From positions 1 to 58,129 of the forward strand of contig MEDY01000167.1 in the NCBI GenBank assembly GCA_001724265.1: a stretch of DNA of 58,129 nt, read 5' to 3'. The notes beneath the pieces are model-generated. The model saw only the letters and a program-made list of their open reading frames with translations, was not told the origin of the DNA and did not search any database. The stretch comes from Rhizaria sp. SCN 62-66 (taxonomy: Eukaryota). Both the position numbers and the translations under genes were made by a program. Of this stretch, positions 1 through 11,700 are shown one piece after another. The first letter of the stretch is position 1; each line of letters opens with the position of its first letter.

Positions 1-1
1 A

Positions 2-903
2 GCCGGAGTCATGGACGCCCCTGTGCGCGTGCTTGTTGACGACAACATCGCACCGGTCACGTTCACTGCTGTTGCCAGCGGTGCAAAGGCGTTTTCGATG
101 ACGATGCCACGTTTCCAGCCAGGCCCCACTCTCATGCTTGTGTGCGATGCGCCTGTTCCAATGATCGGCATTGTGTCAAGCTCTGGTGCAGTCACTGCGG
201 TGGCGCTCGCGTCATGGAGCCAAGCGACGCAGATTGATGCGCTGTACTACCACTCCGTCGCCGTCACCAACGTTGACGTTGTCGCAAGTGCCACAGACCT
301 TGTGGTGGCCACGCGCCAGACGCTTTTGTGCAGTGTGTACGACTCGCACGGCGCGACGCCCTACGTCCCTGCGCGGGTGCCCGCTTTCCCGCTCGAGCTC
401 GATGCAACCGTGATGCCTTCTCGCTATACTGTCTCGGTCACCTTTGCGCCAACGGGCACGTTTGCGCTGCTGGAGGCTGAGGACAAGTTCACTCTCAGCC
501 CGCACGTCCACAACTGCGTTGCTGTGACCAACGCTGTTATCATCAGTGGCAACACCGTCACAGTACAGACTGCCGGTCTCGCTCCCGCTGCGCCAGCCGT
601 CGTGTGCGACTTCGTCACAAGCTTCAAGAGGCTCTTTGACATGACTCTCACAGCCACCGTTGCGGGCGTCAACACGACGTACAGTACCCTTTGCTGCTTA
701 CAAGCACGCCGCCTGTGTCGTTCCGCTTGCTGGCGGACGCCACATCTCAACCTTGCAGCGAAAACTCGGACTGTCTCTCCGGCAAATGTAAGGCTGACGG
801 CGCATGTGGCAACGTTAGCAGCGCCACTTCTGCCGACGCTGCTTTTGTTTTGGCGACTGCTATGTTTGTCACAGTGCTAATGATGCTGTTTGACAGCATG
901 TAA
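2..903 (+). CDS. 5'-truncated putative cell-surface protein with C-terminal Cys-rich motif and hydrophobic tail; frame break near 662-690
   Basis: Frame open from the window start with V/A/T-rich sequence to ~690. The plausible C-terminus (QPCSENSDCLSGKCKADGACGN, then SS and hydrophobic AAFVLATAMFVTVLMMLF, TAA at 901-903) is in a different frame (ORF 691-903). Confidence 0.6.
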
Positions 904-1950
904 CTCGAATGCTGTCGAAGTTTTTTCGATCCGTATCAACGCTGATCCATTCTTCGCTATCGTTTCTTGTCAATTTTTTATCTGCATATTTCTTTCCCTG
1001 ACGTTGAAGCATTAATGAATCTAATTGCTGATATTGTCATTATATGTTCTGTGCATTGTAACTTGATGGCTCGTTTTTCATCACTTGTCACGACCTCCGC
1101 ATCCAGCCCCGTTAGAAAAAGTGGCTGTGAGCACTTGGATCCTCTAACTATAACAAGTCCAACCTTGTTTGCCTTGTTGTCTTCTGTTGCCAGTGTACTT
1201 ACGTATGCATATTTCCAAAGCCAGAGCCAAGTTTGCTGATTTATTGTTGCTGGACGTAGTCTTGCATCAACGCCAACGCAACAGTCACTCTGATGATGAC
1301 TCTTTATAACTTCTTTCATTGATGCGCATTATACCGATTTTTTCTTTCTCGATGGTGCATCTGTTTTCCCTTCTCTTTTCCTTTAGTCAGTCAAACGTCT
1401 CTTTCTTGATGTCTCTCTGCACAGTCGCTACGGTGGCTCCCGTGAAAAGTGCTTTGAAATAGAACAAAGCTTTGGCCACTCCAAGTTTAAGTACATTTAG
1501 TATAGCACTACTAGTACCAATAATGCGTAAATATTAATACATGTACTAGTACTATTGGCACAGAACTCATGATAGATCAAACATTTGCGGTCGAGAACGC
1601 GCGGCTAGAACTCTTCGTTAAAAACATACTCGTCGAACAATCATAGCTCCTAAGCGAGTTGCGAACGATTTTTGATGACATCATAATAAACCACCTATGG
1701 TTGACTTAACTTGGCTTTTATCGAACGATTCCTTCGTATTCAGCGTTCCATATTTGTAACGCCCGAAATCATTCCTCAATACATTTATCATTGGTAAATC
1801 TCTCTCACGGTCAAATCATGACAAAGCAGATGATACTTCACTTTAAACAAATATATTGATAAAATAATTTCAAATATTTATTAAATAAATTAACGATACA
1901 CATAAAGGGAAAATTTTATTAACACAAATATCTCGGAGTACGTCGAAATA

Positions 1951-3873
1951 TTAGTTAGAAGTATGATTAAACAGCGGGGTCGACTCCTGCCACAGCATGT
2001 CATCGACGCCCCTTTGGATCGCGGCCATGACGCGGCGGCCCTCAGTCTCGGCCCCAAACACCGCCACCAGCTCCCCGTCGGGCTGCTCCACAATCAGCGC
2101 AGACTGCGGGGGTTGCGACTGCGGGTGCAGGTGCCGGAGTGTCTGGGAGAGCTGCTCACGACTGACCCCGGGCACGCGGAGCCTATCAATCGGCAGGAAC
2201 AGGCGACTAGTGCTGCTCACGGCGCAGCCCCCCCACTCGGCCACACTGCCCAGCTCCGGCCCCGCCCCCGCCGCCGCCGCTGCTGTCACCGCCGCCGCTG
2301 CCGCCTTTGTCCCATCCACTTTTATGGCCTCACTGTCGTTGCGGCCGCGCCCCGCGCACTCGTCCACGGCCACACCCAGCGCGCGCGCGACCGCGAGCGC
2401 GGTGGCCCGCACGGTGCCCAGAAGCACGCCCTCGCTCGCCGTCACCAGAGTCCAGCGGGTGAAGTCGACGTCGCCGGACTCCGTCGTGTTTGCGGAGTCA
2501 GTTGTGGACTCGGACCCACGTTGGGAGCGAGCGCTCGGGATTGCAGTCGCGGCCGCATTCGCGTTTGAGCGCGTGCTACTGCTGGTGCTGCTGGCGTTGC
2601 TGCTAGTGGTACTCTTGGTGTTGTTGTTCTTGTTGTTGAGCGACTTTTTCGGAATCAGAGCGAAGAAGTTGGACGAAATACCTTCGCTGAAGCTCTTTTT
2701 GACGGGATCGTACATAACCACCTCATTCTCGTCCCTTTTCATGCTTTTCTCCAGCATTTCCGCCTCGCGCACCCACCGCGAGTCCTTGATGTGGCCGTGG
2801 GGGCGCACCGCCGGCCGCGCGACCGCGCACACGGGGGGCGACGGCCTTGGCGGCAGCGGGGACAGATGCAGAGTGACGTGGTAGGCCGCCTCAATCGCGG
2901 CAGCCAGCGCCTCTGCCTCGGCGGAAGATGCAGTAGAAGCAGAGGCAGCGGCAGCAGCAGTGACAGGAGCACTCGCAGAGCTAGAGCTTGAGTTTGCCGT
3001 CGACTTGATGTTGTTTTTGTTGTTGCGCGCAAAGGCAGCCGCGTCGAGGGTGGTTAGTGCGGTCAAAGCGTCGGCGCCCTCGGAGCGAGGGGTGAGCAGA
3101 TACAGAATGCGGACATCCTCCGGCTCAGTCTCAGCGCTGTCAGCCGCACCCGCACCCGCACCCGCACCCGCACCCGCAATGCTGTTAGAATCAGCGCTGC
3201 TGTAGACCTTGTTGCCGTTGCCGTTGCCACGGAAGAGGGTGAGCGCTTTTGTCGTGTGCTTACGAAGGGAGACTGCCACAGCGTCACACAGCAGCTCACT
3301 CACGGCGTTCTCATCAGCAGCGGCAGCCGTAGCAGCTGTACCTACAGCAGCAGCAGCAGCAGCAGCAGTCGCAGAAGCAGTAGCAGCAGAAGTAGCGCTG
3401 ACGTTGCCACTGGGAGTGCTGTTGAAGTCGTTGTTGCTGTTGCTGCTCTTTCCCAGCCCGCCGCGGGCAGCGAGTCTCTTGGCCGTGGTCGTGGCGAGCG
3501 CCAGCGCGATACGGTGTAAGTGCTGTCTCAGCCGGAAGACACGTGCCTCCCCCTTAGACGCACGCATCACGCTGTAAGGGCCTGTCTCGTCGCTCGCCAG
3601 CAGCAGCACGTGCGACGACGGCGCCGGGGCCGCGACGGGGGCAAAGTCGCGCAGCTCGACGGGGTGGTAGTGCGAGGAGCCGGCTTGCACAGCTGTTACA
3701 GATGCAGTGGAACTCTTGGCGTTGGCGCTGGAACTTGAGCTACCGAAATGAGCAGCGGCGGAGGCAGAGGTTGAGCCGGACATTGCGAGCTGCGATGTGA
3801 GTGAAACCGAGTGCAAGCAAGGGGAAAAGAGAGGTGCGCGACGTGATAAGAGGCGCGTGGCGCGGGGCAGCAT
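1951..3873 (-). CDS. PLP-dependent class IV aminotransferase-like protein (D-amino-acid/BCAT/ADC-lyase fold), probable mitochondrial presequence, intronless
   Basis: Ordered motifs HLHRI, HIKDSRWV (candidate PLP lysine), EGISSNFF, GVLLGTVR, SSTSR. N-terminus MLPRATRLLSRR is Arg/Leu/Ser-rich. Ends TAA. Confidence 0.8.
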   Translation of the reverse strand: MLPRATRLLSRRAPLFSPCLHSVSLTSQLAMSGSTSASAAAHFGSSSSSANAKSSTASVTAVQAGSSHYHPVELRDFAPVAAPAPSSHVLLLASDETGPYSVMRASKGEARVFRLRQHLHRIALALATTTAKRLAARGGLGKSSNSNNDFNSTPSGNVSATSAATASATAAAAAAAVGTAATAAAADENAVSELLCDAVAVSLRKHTTKALTLFRGNGNGNKVYSSADSNSIAGAGAGAGAGAADSAETEPEDVRILYLLTPRSEGADALTALTTLDAAAFARNNKNNIKSTANSSSSSASAPVTAAAAASASTASSAEAEALAAAIEAAYHVTLHLSPLPPRPSPPVCAVARPAVRPHGHIKDSRWVREAEMLEKSMKRDENEVVMYDPVKKSFSEGISSNFFALIPKKSLNNKNNNTKSTTSSNASSTSSSTRSNANAAATAIPSARSQRGSESTTDSANTTESGDVDFTRWTLVTASEGVLLGTVRATALAVARALGVAVDECAGRGRNDSEAIKVDGTKAAAAAVTAAAAAGAGPELGSVAEWGGCAVSSTSRLFLPIDRLRVPGVSREQLSQTLRHLHPQSQPPQSALIVEQPDGELVAVFGAETEGRRVMAAIQRGVDDMLWQESTPLFNHTSN

Positions 3874-4349
3874 GGCAGAAGCACAATGCAGTGCTAGAGA
3901 GGTAGGAAAGGTCAATTTAGGATTGTGGCTTGTTGAGGGAAGCTGCAGGCGAGAAGAATGTGGAGTAAAGATACTTCGTGTGAGACCTAAGGTGTGTTAT
4001 TAACATAAATCGTATTTTCCGCATAATAGTATCATATTGTGTCCTGAGATGCTCTCATGACGACTGTATGCGGAGAAAAACCAGAGATATTTCTGTCGGA
4101 CTTGGACCTTCACCCACACATCATCATCAAGCAAAAGATCAGCACAATCGGCTGTCCAACCGCATCTTAACAGACTCAAATAGAGATGACGACAAAAAAA
4201 TCAGTTGATAAAAAGTGCATAAATCTAGAATTGCAGTGTATTATCTGGCCATCCTTTGTTTCACCTCGAAATGCACAGCAAAACAATTTCCCACCACAAA
4301 CAGTTGATGAGTCAAGTCACGTGGTTCACACAGGAAACGGCTGACTAAT

Positions 4350-5137
4350 TCAATGCCAATGGATAACAAGCGTGTCGTTCTCCTTGACGCCGACTTCCTC
4401 CATCGTCAGCGCGTCGTCCAGCAGCCTGCGGCCCTTGAAGTAAAAGACGATGTACTCGAGCGCCGTCGTGCGCGCCTGCGGGTGGTTAAACTTAGCCAGC
4501 GAGCGGCGTTTCAGTTCCTCCAAACTCGTGCTGAATACAGCAAAAATGAACACCCAACAAAACAAAAACAATAGAACAAGTTAGAAAATAACATTTTACA
4601 CAATATGTCTTAGATTTAAATCGTTTGAAGCTGATGTTTGCGGTGTTGTTGGGAAAGAGACGTACGTGGCCTGGACGCGAACGGGAACCTCGTGGTTTGC
4701 CTTGGAGAGGGACAGGGTGCCATTCCACTTGACGTACACAAGGTAGTCCTGCACCAGGTCCAGCTCCATGTCGCGGGCCAGCTCGGCGTTGCTGTACGCA
4801 TCGGCCTCGGCCTCGGCCTCGGCCTGAGCCTGCGCCCGAGCGGCGGCGGCGGCGCTGGCGTTCAAGCCGTCGGTGTAACTGTGGCTGTGGTTGCTGCTGT
4901 AGTATTGGCCGTCGTCGTTGTCGCCGCTAGCGCCGTCGCCGTAGTGGGGGTGACCGGCAGAGTAGTAGCCGGAGAAGCCGTCGTCAGCGCCAAGGTCCTC
5001 TACAAGTCAGCAACACAGAACATGCAAAGATGACAAGATGATGAGCCAAACAAGGTGTCTGGGGTTTTCAAGCTTTAAACAAAGGGGAAACAAGGTGCAA
5101 GCATGTACGTACCGTGGAACACGTCGCCTTCGTCCAT
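4350..5137 (-). CDS. Protein with C-terminal ubiquitin-like (beta-grasp) domain; exons 5137-5113, 4999-4666, 4530-4350
   Basis: Two GTACGT..AG introns join in frame. VPVRVQATTSLEELK...VFYFKGRRLLDDALTMEEVGVKENDTLVIHWH matches the ubiquitin/SUMO pattern. Ends TGA. Confidence 0.75.
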
Positions 5138-5341
5138 GGTGGGTTAGTATCAACCGCAGTAGTGGCACCACTGTCGCACAACCGAGAGGAGAGGGGAGTT
5201 ACTAAAGTGGAGTTAAGCCGGAGGAAACGGACGTGTGAGGGACAAGCCAGACGAAGACCAAGATGAAAGACTCAAGAGCTATAATTAGAAATACAATGCA
5301 AAATCATGACGGGTATTCACCAGTTTCAACCGCTAAACGGC

Positions 5342-5350
5342 TTGACGGAG
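5342..5350 (+). promoter_or_regulatory. Candidate promoter element TTGACGGAG in a divergent promoter
   Basis: Lies between ATGs at 5137(-) and 5706(+); the same 9-mer recurs upstream of other genes. Confidence 0.4.
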
Positions 5351-5705
5351 TTTAGTTCCCTTTCTATCCCCGCCAAGTTTTCCCTCTCGAGCCCCACAGT
5401 CCCCCACCAGCCACCACCGCGACCGACCGCACGGCCGACTGGGCTTTCGAGCTGGCCTTCCTGCGATCGAAAAGCAGAGATATCCTACACTGAACTTCAC
5501 AGTACACGGCTGGAACGAGACAACTTAACGGTAAAACTTTTAGTTGCAGCCTAATTATTTTTTCATGCACTGCATTTCTCACCAAAACCCCGCTTTTCTC
5601 TCACTTTCTTTCCCACCCAAGCCAGCCTAGCAACTTCAAACTTTCCGCAGCGCCCCTGCCCCCTCGCGCCCCGCCCGCTTCGCCCGCATCTGCCCCGTTG
5701 TGCCC

Positions 5706-8700
5706 ATGAGTGCTCCCGCGGGATCATCCCCGGCCGACGCCGCGCCCCCCCCGCCCGGCAGCATGAGCGTGCCGCGCGAGTCGCGCGTGCTCATGCGGCT
5801 CGAACACATCAACACGGCCTACGCGTTCGATGACGACGACGACGAGGAAGACATCGCTGGCCATGGCAGCCGCGGCGGCAGTCGCAGGAGCAACCGGCGC
5901 ACCCCCGCGTTATCCCCGCGCCGCGTCGGCGTTGGCGCCTCCCCCCGCCACAAGACTTCAAGCCTCACCCCTCCGACTAGAGGCACCGCTGATCACGCCG
6001 CCCACGGTGACCCCGCGCCCGGCGGCACCACCAACCGCAGTCAGTCGGTGAGCCTCGCGTTCGCGGACGACGACGACGCCGACGACGCCGCCGCCGCCGC
6101 GCACCACGCCGACCGCCCCCGCTCCGCGAACAGAGCCCATCATGTGGGCCGCAACCGCTCTAATACCAACGCGAGCAGTGACATCACCGTCGGGGACACG
6201 ATCCCGGAGGAAGGGGAGGGCGCCGAAGCCTCCGACGAGGCCGACATCGACGCCAACGGCGGCGACGACGCGGATCACGACTACGTGGACGAGGAAGGCG
6301 AGGACATGGACGGGGAGTTTTTCTATGACGAAGACGAGGACGACGACGAGGACGAGGACGACGGCGGTGACGACGGCGGCATCTTCGGTGTGCTCGACGT
6401 TGACCTGCTGTCCGAGTACAAGGGGCACTTCGACCAGGCGCTCATCGACTCGATTGCGCAAAACAACTCCAACGCTGCGGCGGCTGCTGCTGCTAAGGAC
6501 AAGCCCGCTGTCGTCATCGACATCAACAACATCAGCACGATCGACGACGGCAACAACGGCTACGACCTCCACAACACGTCGCTCATTGCCGACGCCAGCT
6601 TCGACGCCAATGACAACAACCCCGGCGGTGGCGCGATGCCGCGCCTCAAGGGCCCCCAGAGCGTCTACTCAGTCGCGGACAGCAACAACGACGAGGCCGA
6701 CAACGAGATCGCATCCGCCCTCAAGAACAACAACAACAACAACAACGAGCACGATGCTCAGGACTCCCCGGTTTATCTGCGCAGCTCCACTCTCGCGGGC
6801 GGCAACACTGGCGCCAGCAGCGCCGGCGGCTTCCGTCCTTCCCTGTACCGCCCCCCCTCGGCCCTCACCCGCCTCCGCTTTCTCGACAACAGCAACAGAG
6901 TCAACAACAGCGACAGCGCTGCGGCTGCAGGCGGCGCTGCGTCCGGCCCCGGCGCCACGGTGTACAGCACGCCCAGCATCATCACGCGCGGCCTCTCGGT
7001 CCGCAACATCACCGCCGACGCCGCTAATACCAACGCTTCTTCTAACGCCGCTAACGCCACTGCCACCGCGAACGGCGGCGGCGACAACAACGGGGACGTG
7101 CTGGGGGAGATGCCGGCCTTCAACCCGCAGTTCTCGGCCTCGGTGCAGCGGCGCAGGCTGCTGACGCGCGGCGCCTCCGCGACCCCGGGCTTCAAGCGCG
7201 GGCTCAGCACGCGCCGCGGCGCCCTGGGGCTGGGCCTGCCGGCCGTCAAGCGCGGCCCGCTGTGGGGCAAGATCAGGGACAATTACTTTGCGCTGAACAA
7301 GACGCAGATCGCGAGCTTCATGGCTGAGTCGGCCGAGGGCGCGGGGAACCAGTTCGACGCCAAGGGCACGGAGCGCTACCGCACGGGTCCGATCCCGATT
7401 GTGGCGACGGCGGATGCTGAGGCGCTGCTGCAGCTGCCGCCGCAGATCCTTTCGCTCGGGCCCCAGCCCGCCAGCAACAGCAACAACAACGCTAATAACG
7501 AGAATAGAGACACCGACGGCGACAAGATCAACAACAGCAACAACGACAACGAGGTCGTTGCGCTGGGCTCAGGCGTCAACGCAAGTGTGCTCGCGACCCC
7601 TTCGAAGGGCGGACCCGTTCTGCCGGCGTTCAACGAGGAGGACGAAGATAACAATGACAACAATAGCAACAAGCGCAAGAAGGTCGGCGGCAACCCCAGC
7701 GCTGCTGCTGCTGCGCCCGTGTTGAGTGGGAAGGAACGTCGTGCGGCCGCGAAAGAGCGGGCCGCGCTGGACGAAGAGCGCCAGGCCGCCGCCGCGCTGC
7801 CGTCGCTCGGCGTGCCGCGCGTTGGCGGATCCATGGGCGCAGGCGGGACGCCCATGCACATTGCCGGCGGGTCCTCGCACCTCAACCTCGACGGCATGGC
7901 GGGCATCTCGCTCCACAAGGCGAGCAAGTTCGCCGGATCGGCGCTCATCGCGGAAGTGCAGGTATGTTTGTGAATGAGAGTTTTTGGGTTATAGCTTGCG
8001 CGAATTCAGTTAATTTTAACAATGCGTATTTTCATAATGTATTTATTTCTATTAGTTTTAGTCATCATGCTTACATTTACTGTGTTTGATATCCCTTATG
8101 TTTTCTTCTCTCACCCGCCCACAGGCCGAGGTGGCCTCGTACCGCCAGAAGGCGTCGCTAGGCCGCGTGTACGCGCCCTCGGTGCTGTGCGGCGAGCGCG
8201 CGCCCACGGCTGCAGCCGATGCAGTGCCCTGGTGGACGGCGCCGGAGTCCCGCGCCGTCACCATGCGCGCGCTCAAGGAGCTGCCCTACTGCTTCCAGGT
8301 ACATCATACGAACACAACGCTCTGTTCGATGAAATATATTTACAGATCTGATATTAATTTTAACGCAAGTTCAATTTTCATTGCTGTATTTGTTCATAAC
8401 AAGCCAATCTAAAGCATCACACATTTTTCCTCACTCACTTTTTTGTTTTCGATGCAATTACAACAGGAGTACGCGCACTTCCACGTGCAGGCCGTGGCGC
8501 TGCCCAACGTGCGGCGCCTGGGCCAGTACTTCACGCCCTACGTCTGCCTCCAGCGCCAGCGCAAGCTGCCCGACGGCCGCGCGCTGTGGGACACGGTCGC
8601 CAGCACTGAGCCGTATCCGGTGCTACTGAGCGACCCGCTGCTGAGCTTCGAGAAGAAGCGCGATCTGGCGGCTTTCCTGGGCTGGCCCGTCGATGGCGCC

Positions 8701-11700
8701 GACAGCTACATTGGCGACGACCTGCTTGAGGCCTCGCCCTGCTTCCCGCGGTACGTTTGTGATTATTTGGCAACATATAACACACTGTAACGACATTATT
8801 TTGTGTGCCTATTGTTTTTCATCTAGATTCTTGTATCAGATCGAAATTCTGAATGTATCGATTGGGCTATATATAGAAATAACCTCACACTTATGCTCAA
8901 TCCTCACTTATACTCTCCCCTTTCTACTCTTTACGAACTCGTAACACTCTGAACAACAAAACCCCGCTCCCAGTCTGATGGTGCCCGTCGGCATGCTGAC
9001 TGAGGGCGACCCGAAGCAGGCGATGCGGTTCATCGTGCATCACCAAGACGACTACAGCGTCCGCGTGTCTGGCTCCGTCGTCGTCACACTGGCCGAGCTC
9101 AGGGAGCTTGCCATGCGCGATGTCGCGATCGCCGCGGCGAGGTGCGTCCTTCCTCAAATACTACTAAAGCACTGATTTAACGCCATATATATCATCATTA
9201 TTGCATGAATTTTTCTTAACATCCACTTTCACTTCCCATGTGTATCCTTAATTCTCACATCTCTACGCTTTTCTCGTCATTTTTGTGGCTGTGTAGGAGG
9301 GCCAAGATCATCAAGAAGAAGGACCTGCCTCCTGCCTCGAGCTCGGCCTTCACCGACTACCTCCAGCTGACGCTCACGCCCCCCGAGGACGCCCCCTCGC
9401 ACGTCTACAAGCTCGTCCCGGGCGCCAATAACCCCAACAACCCCGTTAACTCTGCTGCGGGCGCTGACTGGAGCAACCCCAGCGCCCCGGGCGCCACGGC
9501 CGCCGCCAACGCCGCCGCGACCGCCAGCAACGCCACCGGCGCTGGCGCCGGTGCCCCGGGCGCCGCCGCCGCGACCGCCGTGGGCGTCGACGCCGGATAC
9601 CCGCGTCTGTACGTCGCGATCAAGCAGCCCTTCTTCGACCTGACTCCTGCCGCGGCGCTGACGCCGCTGTACAAGCCGGTGCCGTTTGTGCTGCGCAAGG
9701 CGCACGTGTTCATGCAGGTCTCGACGTCGCCCACGGTCAAGGGGCTCACGAACCACGGCGTGCGGGACCAGCTCGCCGCCGCGTACTTGGTGTTCCGCAC
9801 GTACTTCAAGACGACGCCGCGGCTCAACGACTTCAAGGACTACCCGGGCCGCAGCAAGCCTGCGCTGGGCGGCGCCGGCGGCCGCTTCAGAGTTCTCGGC
9901 GGCGGCGGTACCGGCTCGAGGCCGGGGTCGAGGCCCAGTTCGCGGCTTAGCTTCGATCAGGGCGGCCGGGGCCGGACCGACTCGCGGGTCGATTTCCACG
10001 ACAGCTACATCCACACCAACGACGCCGATAACAACAACCACACTGGTAACAACAACAGCAATGTTAGCTTGAACGCGATGTCCGAGTACGCCGCCAACCG
10101 TAAGCGCCACGGCAAGGACTTCAACCCGACCCCCTTACCCCAGTCTAAGCGCCTGCCCCACGACGACGATCACCACGACGACGAGGACGACGACGACGAC
10201 GAGGACGACGGCGACGTGGTGACCGGCGGCAAGACCGAGGCCTCCGACGCCCTCAAGCGCGCCCCTGGCAAGCGCGGGGTGACCGTTGGCGCGACGCCGG
10301 GCACCAAGCGGCGCACTCTTAACGCCGCGGCTGCGAAGAAGCACACGAGCACACACACGACTGGCGCAGCAGGCACCGGCATGTCGTCCAACGCCACGCA
10401 GCCCTCCAAGGGCGGCTTCCAGGCCAACTACGGGGAGGCAGCTCCCGCGACTGGCCCCGGGCCGGCCAGGGGTAGTCTGCTGGCGCCGCCGGCACCGTCG
10501 TCTCGGGGCGCTAGCGCGGCAGGCGTCAGCGCGGACAATGAGTTCAGCGACAGCACGGCGCTGGGGCTCATGGGCTTTGATAACGCGACCCACCCCGACT
10601 CGATGTCGCCCAACAGCAACGGCAACAACAATAACAATAACAACAACGGCAATGGTATCGACTCTGACACGGACCCGCTGCCCAAGCTCGGCACCGGTGG
10701 CCGTGTCATCACCGCGACGCCCACGGGCACTGCAGGCGACGACGAGGACGAGGACCAGGAGCTGTACCAAGAGGTGACAGTGTTTGCGACTACGGTCAAG
10801 CACCAGAACGGCGTCCTCACGTGGACCTTCTCAGGTATGTTTAGCGATATATTTCACCAACAAAGCTTTATCATGTCCTGTTTTCTCTCTACAGTCAGTA
10901 TCATATCGCAATCTAACATTTTTTTTTACTTTTATTTTTTCTCTCTACTCTTTTCTTTGCTACATTATATCTAGTCCCTGTGACTGTGCTGACGGGCGGG
11001 TACGGCAACTTCGACCAGCAGATCAAGGTCTCGCTCGTCGACGCCCTGTCGGGCAAGGCCGAGCGCCGCAAGGAGCGCGGTTTCACCGTCACAACCTTGC
11101 GCGAGATGATCCTCATGGGCACCAACCAGTGGACACTGTACAAGCCCGAGGCGGAGCCCCCACTGGTGGACGCTAACGGCAAGCCCTACATCCCCAAGGC
11201 CGCGCAGGGCAAGGGCGCCGGCAAGACCGCCGCCGCCGCCGCCGCTGCTGCCAACGCCAAGGACGAAGCGAAGGACGCCGAGCCGGCGCTGGTTGTCCCC
11301 GGCGCTAGCGAGAAGTACCCCTCCCCGTCGGCCGTGATTATGACGCCGCTGCCGTTCGACCCCGCCGCCGTGCTGCTGACCGGCGTGGCACCGCCCGCGC
11401 AGACGCACAGCGTGCCGCGCGTGCCCGTCAAGAACCCTACCGCGGCCAACCCCGCGGGTACTGGTCCCGCTGCCACGAGTACCGGCGTCACGGGTACTGG
11501 CGGCGGTAAGGCAGGGTCGGTGCCGCCGACACCGAGCAACGCCAAGGGTGCCTCTGGTACCGCTACCGCTGCCGCTGGGACCCCCAGCACTGCCATTACT
11601 CCCACCGCTTCTCCCCCCGCCCCCGCCCCCACTGCATCTGCCACTGCGACTGCTAGCGCGACCGAGGTCACCGTGTACGGCCTGCCGCCCGACGCCGCTG

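Noticed and set aside
668-684. 17-nt GT..AG micro-intron that would repair the frame of the first gene
   Set aside because: Far below the 108-237 nt range and donor GTCAAC does not fit the consensus.
978-1319. 113-aa minus-strand ORF in an AT-rich spacer
   Set aside because: Codon usage unlike real genes here, no motif, no terminal repeats; cannot support a gene or transposon call.
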